From assembly GCF_964355755.1 (NCBI RefSeq), contig NC_092674.1, positions 27,156,001-27,220,000 of the forward strand: DNA of 64,000 nucleotides, written 5' to 3'. The stretch comes from Antedon mediterranea. Its lineage: Eukaryota > Animalia > Echinodermata. This document shows, one piece after another, positions 41,032 through 52,520 of this stretch (the stretch's first letter is position 1; each line of letters opens with the position of its first letter). A program made the position numbers and the translations under genes. The notes under the pieces are model-generated. The model had not been told where the DNA came from. It was given only the letters and a program-made list of their open reading frames with translations, and searched no databases.

Positions 41032-44000
41032 ACTAGATTTAATTCGTCACTATGACGAATTATAGGTTATATGCATTGATAATTAAAATAAAGATAATTT
41101 ATTTTTAAAAGATATTTTGATTCATTTATTTTCTCAGATTCTTTAAATAATATATAATATATGATAGGACCTTGCTAACGCGAATACAATAGCCGGTATC
41201 ACAATCCGATCAAAGATCCCTCTGCGTATAATGTCATAAACCACATTTGCTGTTACATAATAATAAAGACATAAGTTATTTTTTATCTAGATTTCATTAT
41301 AAATCATGTGTATAATATATACACTAAGAAATAAATTTGAACAAACAATACGGATAATAAAAAAAAAAATTTATTTCGTTTCCCAAGGTGAGACTCGATC
41401 TCGGTACCTTGAGTGCCATAGACACGAGCACACACCACCGAGCCATACACAACTGACTAAAAATTGTAGAAAAATTCCTCCGTGTATTTACTATGCAGTA
41501 ACCACTTTGGTGCAGATAGATTATTACATACCGCAATGAATTATAATTTTTTACTATGATGACATCTCTAAAAATGTACAAAAATGATGCACTGTCAAAC
41601 TATATACTTTTAACTTTAATATATGAACTTTTGAAGGAAGAAAGTTAATGTTAAGTTTGTTATTTTGGCCTAAGAAAATGTCATAATTTGTTTGATTGTC
41701 GAAATGAATTTTTTTAAATTTAATATGCAATTAATTATGGCTTAATCAACTTTTGTTCCCTTAGCTTAATAATAAATCATACATAAGATACATACACTTC
41801 AAGAAAATTAAATAAAAAATATGTGTTCCCGAGCATTCTGACGATCTATATTAATTTTAAAATTTAGCATATTTTCACCATTTTGTTAACTTACACGTGC
41901 GTAGCCTGTCACTTTTGACGTGCTCGTATAAGGCAATTACGCGTTGAAAAGTGAATAAAATATGATGATATTATTAAAGAAAGGTTGTACAACCGAAATC
42001 GGACAAAAAGAGTGCGCATTAACGTATAACGCGCAGTGCGCGTGCAAAAATCTGCGCACTCATGGCAATTTTTTAAACGCTTAAAATTGCCTGAAACGTA
42101 CTCTAATTTCATCGAAAATAAATTTTGACAATTTTGAACATTTTAAGCGCGCGTACGCAAGCGTTATATGCGCTACGCACGTAATTGTATTGCCATATGA
42201 TGAAATATGACCTGAAATTTATGAGTACCAAATTTTGTTTAATTGTGATTCATGCTTGTGAAGATATGATTACAAACGTGATTTCGTAAAATCGCGCGTA
42301 GACCGCGTAATTTTTGATTACGCATCGTGAAAATATAACCACATCGATTCCTGGCCATAAGGAATATACTCTGAAAAATTGACTTAGATAGATGAAACTG
42401 ATATCAAGATAATTCACGGACAAAATAGTGCTAAGGAAAGAATAAATAAACTAGATTTTAATTCGTCACTATGACGAATTATAGGTTATATGCATTGATT
42501 TAAATAAAGATAATTGATTTTTAAAAGATATATTGATTGATTGATTTTCTCAGAATCTTTAATTATTTATAATATATGATAGGACCTTGCTAACGCGAAC
42601 ACCATAGCCGGTATCACAATCCGATCAAAGATCCATATGCGTATAATGTCATAAACCACATTTGTTGTTACATAATAATAAAGACATAAGTTAATTTTTA
42701 TCTAGATTTCATTATAAATCATGTGTATAATCTATACACTAAGAAATAAATTTGAACAAACAATACGGATAATAAAAAAAAATCTTATTTCGTTTCCCAA
42801 GGTGAGACTCGATCTCGGTACCTTGAATGCCATAGACACGAGCACAGACCACCGAGCCGTACACAACTGACTAAAGGTTGTAGAAAAATTCCTTCGTGTA
42901 TTTACTATGCAGTAACCACTTTGATGCAAATAGATTATTACATACCGAAATGAATTATAATTTTTTACTATGATGACATCTTTAAAATGTATACAAATGA
43001 TGCACTGTCAAACTACATACTTTTAACTTTAATATATGAATTTTTGAAGGAAGAAAGTTAATGTTAAGTTTGTTATTTTGGCCTAAGAAAATGTCATAAT
43101 TTGTTTGATTGTCGAAATTATTTTTTTTTAATTTAATATGCAATTAATGATGACTTAATCAACTTTTGTTCTCTTTATTTGATAATAAATCATACATATG
43201 ATACATACACTTCAAGAAAATGAAATAAAAAATAGGTGTTCCCCTGCATTCTGACGATATATATTAATTTTAAAATTTAGCATATTTTCACCATTTTGTT
43301 AACTTATACGTGCGTAGCCAGTCACTTTTGACGTGCTCGTATAACGCAATTTCGAGTTGAAACCTGAATCAAATATGATGATATTATTAAAGAAAGATTG
43401 TAAAACAGAAATCGGGCAAAAAGAGTGCGCATTAACGTTTAACGCGCAGTGCGCGTGCAAAAATCTGCGCACTCATGGCATTTTTTTAAACGCTTAAAAT
43501 TGCCTGAAACGTACTCTAATTTCATCGAAAATAAATTTTGACAATTTTGAACATTTTAAGCGCGCGTACGCAAGCGTTATATGCGCTACGCACGTAATTT
43601 TATTGCCATATGATGAAATATGACCTGAAATTTATGAGTACCAAATTTTGTTTAATTGTGATTCATGCTTGTGAAGATATGATTACAAACGTGATTTCGT
43701 AAAATCGCGCGTAGACCGCGTAATTTTTGATTACGCATCGTGAAAATATAACCACATCGATTCCTGGCCATGAGGAATATACTCTGAAAACTTGACTTAG
43801 CTAGATTAAACTGATGCCAAGATAATGCACGGACAAAATAGTGCTAAGGAAAGAATAAATAAACTAGATTTAATTCGTCACTATGACGAATTATAGGTTA
43901 TATGCATTGATTTAAATAAAGATAATTGATTTTTAAAAGATATATTGATTGATTGATTTTCTCAGAATCTTTAATTATTTATAATATATGATAGGACCTT

Positions 44001-45265
44001 GCTAACGCGAACACCATAGCCGGTATCACAATCCGATCAAAGATCCCTCTGCGTATAATGTCATAAACCGCATTTGTTGTTACATAATAAAAAAGACATA
44101 AAGTAACTTTTTATCTAGATTTCATTATAAATCATGTGTATAATCTATACACTAAGAAATAAATTTGAACAATACGGATAATAAAAAAAAAATCTTATTT
44201 CGTTTCCCAAGGTGAGACTCGAACTCGGTACCTTGAATGCCATTGACACGAGCACAGACCATCGAGCCATACACAACTGAATAAAACTTGGAGAAAAATT
44301 CCTCCGTGTATTTACTATGCAGTAACCACTTTGTTGCAGATAGATTATTACATACCGCAATGAATTATAATGTTTTACTATGATGACATCTTTAAAAATT
44401 TAAAAAAATGATGCACTGTCAAACTATATACTTTTAACTTTAATATATGAACTTCTTAAGGAAGAAAGTTAACGTTAAGTTTGTTATTTTGGCCTAAGAA
44501 AATGTTATAATTTGTTTGATTGTCGAAATTAATTTTGTTAAATTTAATATGCCATTAATGATGACTTAATCAACTTTTGTTCTTCTAATTTCATAATAAA
44601 TCATACATATGATACATACACTTCAAGAAAATTAAATAAAAAATAGGTGTTCCCGAGCATTCTAACGATATATTTTAATTTTAAAATTTAGCATATTTTC
44701 ACCATTTTGTTAACTTACACGTGCGTAGCCCGTCACTTTTGACGTGCTCGTATAACGCTGTTTCGCGTTGAAAAGTGAATAAAATATGATGATATTATTA
44801 AAGAAAGGTTATACAACAGTAATCAGACACAAACAGTGCGCATTAACGTTTGACGCGCAGTGCGCGTGCAAAAATCTGCGCACTCATGGCAATTTTTTAA
44901 ACGCTTAAAATTGCCTGAAACGTACTCTAATTTCATCGAAAATAAATTCTGACAATTTTCAACATTTTAAGCGCGCGTACGCATGCGTTATATGCGCTAC
45001 GCACGTAATTGTATTGCCATATGATGAAATATGACCTGAAATTTATGAGTACCAAATTTTGTTTAAAAGTGATTCATGTTTGTGAAGATATGATTACAAA
45101 CGTGATATCGTTAAATCGCGCGTAGACCGCGTAATTTTTGATTGCGCACCGTGAAAACATAACCACATCGATTCCTGGCCATAAGGAATATACTCTGAAA
45201 AATTGACTTAGATAGATAAAACCGATGCCAAGATAATTGACGGACAAATAGTGCTAAGGAAAGAA

Positions 45266-45312
<47 letters not shown>

Positions 45313-45365
45313 AGATTCTGACAGAATCAAGAGGTTATATGCATATCATGCATATAACCTAATAA
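41032..45365 (-). mobile_element. Helentron/HINE (Helitron2-type) non-autonomous element, three-unit concatemer of about 1.41-kb units
   Basis: Three near-identical units. Each 3' end has CTAG (41033, 42451, 43864), the hairpin AATTCGTCA-CTA-TGACGAATT and subTIR AGGTTATATGCAT. A single 5' end has the hairpin AGGTTATATGCAT-ATC-ATGCATATAACCT (45332-45360), next to a (TAAA)n tract at about 45263-45313. Confidence 0.8.
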
Positions 45366-45771
45366 GTAATATACTATGATTATATACATTAAAGAGGCAT
45401 AGTGTTTTTAAAGTGGTCCATTAACATGTTTTTAAATTGTACCCAACTTCTAACTTTAAAATCTACTCTTAAAATCTATAGCTACTGTTTTTACAAAATG
45501 TCATTTTATCTGATTTTTATTTTCGAAACTTACCATGCGTGTTAGGCTACCACGGTACTTACTGTTAGCTAATTTATTTTTATGATAAAACGTCCATATT
45601 TTAAAGCAAACACTAATTAAAACTTTTAAAAACCCCCACAAAATCGCCTACGCCATTGAAATAATTAGAGAACCAAGATGAGAATTGGAATTGTTGTGCC
45701 ATGTACCACGAAAAGTTTGCGCCTGAAAATAATAGAGGGCGCTAAACTATCTAATCAAGTTAGCACGTTTA

Positions 45772-46036
45772 AGGGCAACTTGACTGAGGACCATATTTTA
45801 ACAACGTATTAGGGATGTACATATGCTTTCAGAACCATCGCGAAATTAAAGATATCGCCGCACGCGCTCGCCGAAACTAAATTGCTGTGACGTAATTATT
45901 TTGCGATGCACCTGCATTTTACGGCGCTGTTGTACGGCGAGCGCGTGCGGCGATATCCTTAATCTCGCGATTGTTCTGAAATCATATGTACATCCCTAAT
46001 ACGTTGTAAAAATATGGTCCTCGGTCAAGTTGTCCT
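45772..46036. mobile_element. Palindromic MITE with about 100-bp arms, TTAA-flanked (Kolobok-like)
   Basis: AGGGCAACTTGACTGAGGACCATATTTT...GCCGCACGCGCTCGCCG mirrors CGGCGAGCGCGTGCGGCG...AAAATATGGTCCTCGGTCAAGTTGTCCT|TTAA. Confidence 0.75.
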
Positions 46037-47441
46037 TTAAACAACTTACCTACTAGTCAATATTAATTGTGCAATATATTAAATAAAATACTTTTAACTC
46101 GCACCCTTGGAAAATAACTCAATATAACAAATTCAATAATTCAATATAGGTGTATACGCGGACGCCTTTTAAGTCTAAAACGTATCCAACATTCGCTCTT
46201 ATACAACAAATTATAAAATCTATACCAGTTATTAGCACAGATGATTAAGCGTAAAAAGGCGAAATAATTATCACATTGATTTTACCAAACTTAATCTATA
46301 TTAAATAATGATATTTAATCCTTCTGGCATTCCTTTTAATATAAAATACATGTAATTTTATTTCTAATCGGAGGCGTAGGCCTACTTACTACATTTTCAA
46401 TTTGAATGTAATTTTTGTATGCTTACAAACAATTGCAATAAATTACTATTTATTCTGTATAATTTGATTACAATATTAATTTATTTTTTTCAATTTTTCT
46501 TCTCATTTTGCATAAGGCGATCACAAGAGATAATAAGATCAAAAGAAAAATTTGGGCAGAGGTGGAGAGTGGAGGGTTACTCGAGTTTGTCTCGTGTTAA
46601 AGTGTGTGAATGATATTAATATCTTTATTAGTGTTAGTTCAGTCAAGGAGAAAAATCTATAAATAATATACATGTTCGAATCAATGTGTTATAGATCCAA
46701 TGCAGCCTTGTATAAATATTCATCGACTATTCTTAGCAACCGACGAAAGTCAAATATTTAGGCCTAACAGACGAATGTTCATTTGTATTCAAACCTGCAG
46801 TCGTACAACTCTCTTCTTCAACTATTTTAAAAGGTGATATTGATGCTTAGGTGGTATTTGGCCTATAAACTGTAGTTAAACCATCGTCTTGGCTTCTAAA
46901 GACAGTTCGTACCAAGAAGGTAAGTAGGCCATGCGATGCCATATTCAATGTAGGCCTATCAAAAATAGGCCTATACTATAATTGTTATTCAAAGTTAAAA
47001 AAACATTTATTTGTTCAACAATGGCATTATACAGTATAATATATAGGTATGTAGGCCTACATAAATGAAAACATGGTAATAAGCCATCATTTGGGGTCTT
47101 CTCTAGAAGAAATCAAGTTTCTTGTCTCGAGAAAGACCTCAATTTTATTATTCAGTAATACCCGTTTTCGGACACACACAAGAAGGGGAGACTTTAACCT
47201 TGAAACGAATGAGGAAGAATATGCTTTTAACCTTTACGGCCAACACCTTAGAAACTCCGATAAGGGGACCTTTTGAGGTGCTGGACGTGTCCCTTTAATA
47301 GGGTTCTATTGTATTGTCAAATATAAAAAAAATGATAGTGAATATTAATTTTACGCCATTAGAGTGTATATGGTTACGTCATAGTTCACAAACAGGTTGT
47401 TCAATGTTTCAAAGTGATTTTTTTCTTCAGAAATCTTGAAA

Positions 47442-49631
47442 ATGTCATCGGATGAAGAGCTAGAAACGTTCGCTGGAATCAGCATGAACGCACTAAAATG
47501 TTCTCTTTGCAACAAACATTTCAATAAACCAAAATTCTTAACCTGTCTTCACACATTTTGTCTAAAATGTCTTAAGAACTGGGTAAAGAAGAATAATGGC
47601 GTTCTGGAGTGTCCGACCTGCCACGCTCCACATGACATCCCCGAGGGAGGCATCCAGAAGTTTCCAACCAATGGAGTAATGCGTGGGTTAGTTGATCACA
47701 TGACTGGGATGCAAAAAACAGAACCTCAGCTTTGTTCGACTTGCCCGAGTGAAGCTACAGATTATTGTACAAATTGTGATTATTTTTACTGTGAAGCGTG
47801 CGTTGCGATTCACAAACACGCTAAGAAAACGAACATGCACACTGTGATAACCTTACAGGATTATAAAGACCTTGGGGCGGAGAAACAACTCGCGCATAAA
47901 ATTCTATTTTGTAAAGAACACAATCAGGTGGATTTGAAGCTTTACTGCGAGAAATGTCAGGTGTCAATTTGTATTGAATGTGCGCATGTTCAGCACAAAA
48001 ATCAGGAACACGTCATCAAAGATGGCAGTCAAGTGTTTAAAGAGTTCGTCACGAACGCGTCACAGAAGCTCATCGAATCAGAGGCGAAAGAGGCTGAGTT
48101 ACGACAAACCGAAGACAAATTGAAACTCGTAAAGACATCACTTCTACAGAATAAAGAAAACTGCCACGTCGCCATTCAAGAGCATTTTGGTGCGATACAA
48201 CGATTGCTCGATGCGCAGAAAGCAGAAAATCTTAAGGAACTCGATGAAATCTTTGATGGAGACATTAACAGAACAAACCATCAATTGAGAGAAGTTGATT
48301 CAATCATAATCCAGCTACAATCAACTCGTGAGTTGACACAAAATCTGGTAAAAAGTCCAAATGTAACACTTGCGCTGATGAATGCAAACATGATATCGAG
48401 TCAAGTAGGTGTTCTTCTTAAATTCAAAATGGATGTACAACCCGTGGATGATGCGGCATGGAAGTTCTTTCCAGTAAACACGTTTCGAGAGGAACTACAG
48501 AGTGGTCATGTTGGAAAAATCAAACACATATCACCAGACTTATCAACAATTGACATAACAAACTCTCGTGTTCTTTCTGGTGAAAATGTATCTTTCACTT
48601 TGACAACAAAAGAAACACACGGAGAAAAATGTTATGATAATGCCAATAACATAACGTCAAAGATGACGTCGCCATCAGGGGATGACATCAATCTTGACGT
48701 CGTTGATAACGAAAACGGGACTTACGCAATTTCGGGAAGTTCATGCGATGTCCCCGGTGAATGGAAATTAACTGTTTTGATTGGATCACAGATTGTTGGA
48801 GGATCGCCTATGAAAGTGAATGTTGTTGAAAGTGGATTTCAAAGTGCTACTTGTTTAAAAGATTATTGCAATCAAGGTGAACTCCACAACATAAATGTAA
48901 TCGATAAAGCGATTTTTGCTTGTTTCAGCAGGAATAGAAACATTGCAAAACTCAGCAAAAATGGAGTTGAATTAATTGATATGAGATACATTGGAGGATC
49001 GAAGGTGCTTAGCTTGTGTGGAGGGAACCCGGGAGAGATTATCTGCGCATGTCACGACATCACCTCGCACGAAGGACGCATTATAGTCTGCGAACACGAC
49101 GGCACGTTTATCAGAGAATTCAAAGGCATAAAACTTGGACGCGTTCAAGGCATGATGGCAGTTAAGGACAATGAGATATACATTCCCGATAACGATAAAA
49201 ACTGTGTGTTAAGGGTGTCTTTATCAGGGCAACTTCTTGCAAAGATTCCATCTGGATCTCCTTCTGACGTTTTGAAGTTTCCTAAAGGAGTAGCGGTCAC
49301 TCAAGACGGTCATTTACTGGTGTGCTCCTACTGGAAGAACCAAGTGGTCATGTTTGATAAATCCGGCGTTTTTATAAAAGTTTTTGTTGATAAGGGTGAG
49401 GACACCGACGGTAAGGTTTATTCACCGTATTCGGTAGCTGTTGACGAACAAGACAACGTTGTTATTGGGTCTCTGCACCGGTTACAACTCTTCAGCAAAG
49501 ACGGAGTCTTCGTCAAACGAATTGATGATGATAAGCATATGTTGTATTGCCCGGGGAGTATAATATGCAAGAAACGTCAGGTTATCGCTGCTGACAAACG
49601 AAATGCCAGTATATGTGTGTACAACTACTAA
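47442..49631 (+). CDS. TRIM-NHL family E3 ubiquitin ligase (RING, two B-boxes, coiled coil, filamin, NHL repeats; TRIM2/3/71-like architecture), single coding exon
   Basis: RING CSLC...CLHTFC..C...CPTC; B-box1 CSTC...CTNC...CEAC...H; B-box2 CKEH...YCEKC...CIEC...H; filamin VVDNENGTY...GSPMKVNV; NHL FPKGVAVTQDGHLLV and SPYSVAVDEQDNVVI. Acceptor TTTTCTTCAG ends at 47430, first ATG at 47442, upstream donor AAG|GTAAGT at 46919/46920, AATAAA at 49676 and 49694. Confidence 0.93.
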   Translation: MSSDEELETFAGISMNALKCSLCNKHFNKPKFLTCLHTFCLKCLKNWVKKNNGVLECPTCHAPHDIPEGGIQKFPTNGVMRGLVDHMTGMQKTEPQLCSTCPSEATDYCTNCDYFYCEACVAIHKHAKKTNMHTVITLQDYKDLGAEKQLAHKILFCKEHNQVDLKLYCEKCQVSICIECAHVQHKNQEHVIKDGSQVFKEFVTNASQKLIESEAKEAELRQTEDKLKLVKTSLLQNKENCHVAIQEHFGAIQRLLDAQKAENLKELDEIFDGDINRTNHQLREVDSIIIQLQSTRELTQNLVKSPNVTLALMNANMISSQVGVLLKFKMDVQPVDDAAWKFFPVNTFREELQSGHVGKIKHISPDLSTIDITNSRVLSGENVSFTLTTKETHGEKCYDNANNITSKMTSPSGDDINLDVVDNENGTYAISGSSCDVPGEWKLTVLIGSQIVGGSPMKVNVVESGFQSATCLKDYCNQGELHNINVIDKAIFACFSRNRNIAKLSKNGVELIDMRYIGGSKVLSLCGGNPGEIICACHDITSHEGRIIVCEHDGTFIREFKGIKLGRVQGMMAVKDNEIYIPDNDKNCVLRVSLSGQLLAKIPSGSPSDVLKFPKGVAVTQDGHLLVCSYWKNQVVMFDKSGVFIKVFVDKGEDTDGKVYSPYSVAVDEQDNVVIGSLHRLQLFSKDGVFVKRIDDDKHMLYCPGSIICKKRQVIAADKRNASICVYNY

Positions 49632-49963
49632 ATCAATTGGATAGAACAAATAACAGTGAAATTGTAGTCTAATTAAATAAACGGTTCTATTTTAATAAAT
49701 GTAATTTCTGTTTAGCGCCACCTACAGGGTCGAGAATAATTCGAGCTTCGTGTAAATTGAGGTTGTGAATGAAACACCTTTTTTCAGATGATTAAAAAAA
49801 ACGAAAATTAAAATTTACGCATACGTACAAAAAGCTGCATGATTATTATTATTAAGGCCTAAATGGGCTTATCATATTAACAAAATAAAAGTACATAACT
49901 AAATTACTAGACTTACTAAAAACTGCACTCTGTTAAATGTCGATAGCCGTTATGCATACTATC

Positions 49964-49993
49964 CAGGAAGTTGTCTAAAATAACAACTCCCTG
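49964..49993. mobile_element. Putative P-element excision footprint (30 bp, 7-bp TSD)
   Basis: TACTATC|CAGGAAGTTGT-CTAAAATA-ACAACTCCCTG|TACTATC. Confidence 0.55.
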
Positions 49994-50371
49994 TACTATC
50001 TATCCACTACAAGTACTGCGGTAGGCATGAATAGTAATCGTCTGAATTCTAATTAAGTTAATTGTTAATTGTTCTATAATTTAGTCACCTGTGCCACAAT
50101 CACATTGTCTTTAAAGTACGTTTATTGATAATTAAGCTAAAGAATGGATCCATCGAATGGATGTCATTGAAAGCATATAGCCCCGCATATAGCGTGACAA
50201 TGGAGCTATAAAATAATTGTTTAACTTAATAATGGTTTGACGTTTTTAGAATGCGTGCGAGACGGATAATACGACATTCAAAGACGATTGCTGATACGGC
50301 GTCGTCGCATATTCGCTGATCAACTGTTACGAAAAAAAAAGTTTGATTTGTTATGTTTGGTGTTTCAAAAC

Positions 50372-50550
50372 TTAAACACATTCTAGTTCTCCAAGAGTCA
50401 GTTTGCCTGTCTCAAGTCGTCCTCCTGTATCACCAAGACGTATCGCACTCAGTGGTAGATACCGCTTATCCATGACGTAGCCTTCGTCTACTCTTACCAC
50501 GTTATCGTTACTGTCACAGTTACAAGCCAACGATCTATCAGCACAGGAAC
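50372..50550 (-). CDS. Gene A exon 5 (GSCADRSLACNCDSND...DEGYVMDKRYLPLSAIRLGDTG...KLTLGELECV*)
   Basis: Not in the ORF track; translated by hand. Acceptor TTTTATAG ends at 50551 and the stop TAA ends at 50372. CNCD...D.G...LP...GD...LG.L.C matches the end of the CASPR fibrinogen-like domain. AATAAA on minus at 50126-50121. Confidence 0.87.
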
Positions 50551-50765
50551 CTATAAAATATATTTTTTTTTTATATAATCAGTTATATAATATATATAAT
50601 ATATATAATATTAAATAAATTGCTTAATAAATAAAACATGTGTATGCCTGTAATTTGAGTTCTGTCCCCACTGTACGTGTATTAGGAATATTTCGATTTC
50701 CGACGATCGACGACGACCTAACAAGACTAGTCAATTGCTTTGGTCTCGGTCGTCGTCTGGACTTA

Positions 50766-50972
50766 AGCTTGGTTCCTACTAGCAACGCAACGTAACGCAA
50801 CCTACGCAACGGAAGAAAATGCTCTTCTAATAATTTTGTTTGCCTCCGCCTACGTGAAATCAAACCTGCGATATTTGCAGCACTGTTGCGTCGTTGGTTC
50901 CCACTTGTGGTTACGCAATACAGCAATTTGCGTAAATACGTCGTTGCGTTGCGTTTTAATGGGAACCACGCA
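50766..50972. mobile_element. Harbinger-like MITE (AGCTTGGTTCC.ACTAG ... TGGGAACCACGC) with ACGCA repeats
   Basis: Inverted termini with TWA flanks. Its reverse complement recurs at about 62460-62623. Confidence 0.7.
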
Positions 50973-51173
50973 TTAGCAGCCACCAAAACTGTGTCGAGGT
51001 GGGAATCAAGGAAATACGTCCTAATTTCTCCACACACACTATGACGTACTGTGTCCGTGACACACCGCAATTATCATACAGAACTCATCATTTTTTGTGT
51101 TCGCACGACAGGTATATTCAATGAAGAGCAATGCGTTTGTACTTTATAAACAATGAAGGGGAATATGGTACTT

Positions 51174-52503
51174 TTTTTTTATCTTTTATGGGTCTCTCCC
51201 ATCTTTATTCATTCAATCTTTAATGTATACAAAATTCATTATTATATAATATAATAAAATAATATCATAGAAGAGGTTGTTAATATAGACAGCACACAAA
51301 CAATCTTTTTATAGTACTGTATATAAATATTGCACATCCATTAAAGTAAACTTCATAATATTATACCTTATGGATATTGTTTCAAAAAGAACATTCAATT
51401 TTTTATTTATACAATTTTTCAGGTAAGTAATACGTTTCATTATTTCTATACATAATTGTTGTTTATAGCATTGATAATATGTATATTCTTATATTTTTTT
51501 CATTTATAAAGAGATGATGAAGTGAGGCATATTTCCATTTATTTAGTTGTTTTAATACATTAGCTTTGTATATGCTTAGCAAACCAATTGAAAACACATG
51601 ATCTACATATGTATTTCCAGTGCCAGTTATATTTTTGAAATTTGCCTCGATATTGAATTTAGTTATTGTATGCTCATTTATGTAAAGCCACAAATAATTT
51701 GCTTCTGCACATTCAAAAAATAAATGTGCATCATCTTCAACACAGTCGCATTGTAGACATTTGTTTGTGTTTACAATTTTCCATATACATAACCTCTTTC
51801 TAGTTGGCATAATTCTATGTAGTAACTTAAAGTTAATTTGTTTGAGCTTGTTTTCCTTAATTAATTTTATTTTACGCTCCCAGGTTAATTTCCAATCAAT
51901 TGTAGTATTAAAATACAACTGCCATTTTATTTGACATTTTGGTTCTATCCCTTTTTTCTAATAAAACAGTTATATATTTGCTTACTTGTTATTTTACATA
52001 ATTTAGTAGCAGGCTGAACCTTGTCCTGTATTGTATTTTCATTTTTTGACTAATAATAACGTCTTTCCATTCTTGTGGAATGGCTTGTAGTAATGTGTGA
52101 AATTCTGCTATCCAATTTGATTTTGAAATTAGAATTCCAAGTAACATATTCGAATTAATGAATCTATTACCAAAAACAATATCTTTTATTTTTCTAATAC
52201 CGGATCTGATCCAGTTTCTATACAGTAGTGATAGGCTATTATAACTTATAAATTTATTTCCCCAAATGTTTTGTTCTAATATTTCATCATAGCCTGATGG
52301 CCATTTTAATACAATTTCATTAAATTTAGTTAATGCATTTAATACATCTAGATAAAAACTAGGTACACCTTTACAAGATTTTATATTATAGTGAGACATA
52401 TTTTCAAGGACATCTAGAGGTCCGATATTATTTAAATACATAGTCGGTAAGTATTTCCACTTTGAAGGTTCGTCGTTAAAGAGACGTTTAGCCTATGATA
52501 TTT
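51174..52503 (-). mobile_element. 5'-truncated Tx1/L1-clade LINE (C-terminal ORF2 with zf-RVT) in gene A intron 4, with 15-bp TSD
   Basis: ORFs 51989..52441 and 51463..51918 (FKLLHRIMPT...KCLQCDCVEDDAHLFFEC) are broken by a frameshift and a stop. AATAAA and an A-tail at the 3' end. Direct repeat GGGAATATGGTACTT at 52504-52518 and 51159-51173. Confidence 0.88.
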
Positions 52504-52520
52504 GGGAATATGGTACTTAC

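Noticed and set aside
41306-44360. Recurrent 65-85-aa ORFs in the tandem array
   Set aside because: Starts and stops differ between units and there are no Rep or helicase motifs; the element is non-coding.
50624-51070. 148-aa ORF, and similar ORFs at 62136-62324 and 62470-62703
   Set aside because: These are chance frames through ACGCA-rich MITEs, with no domain motifs.
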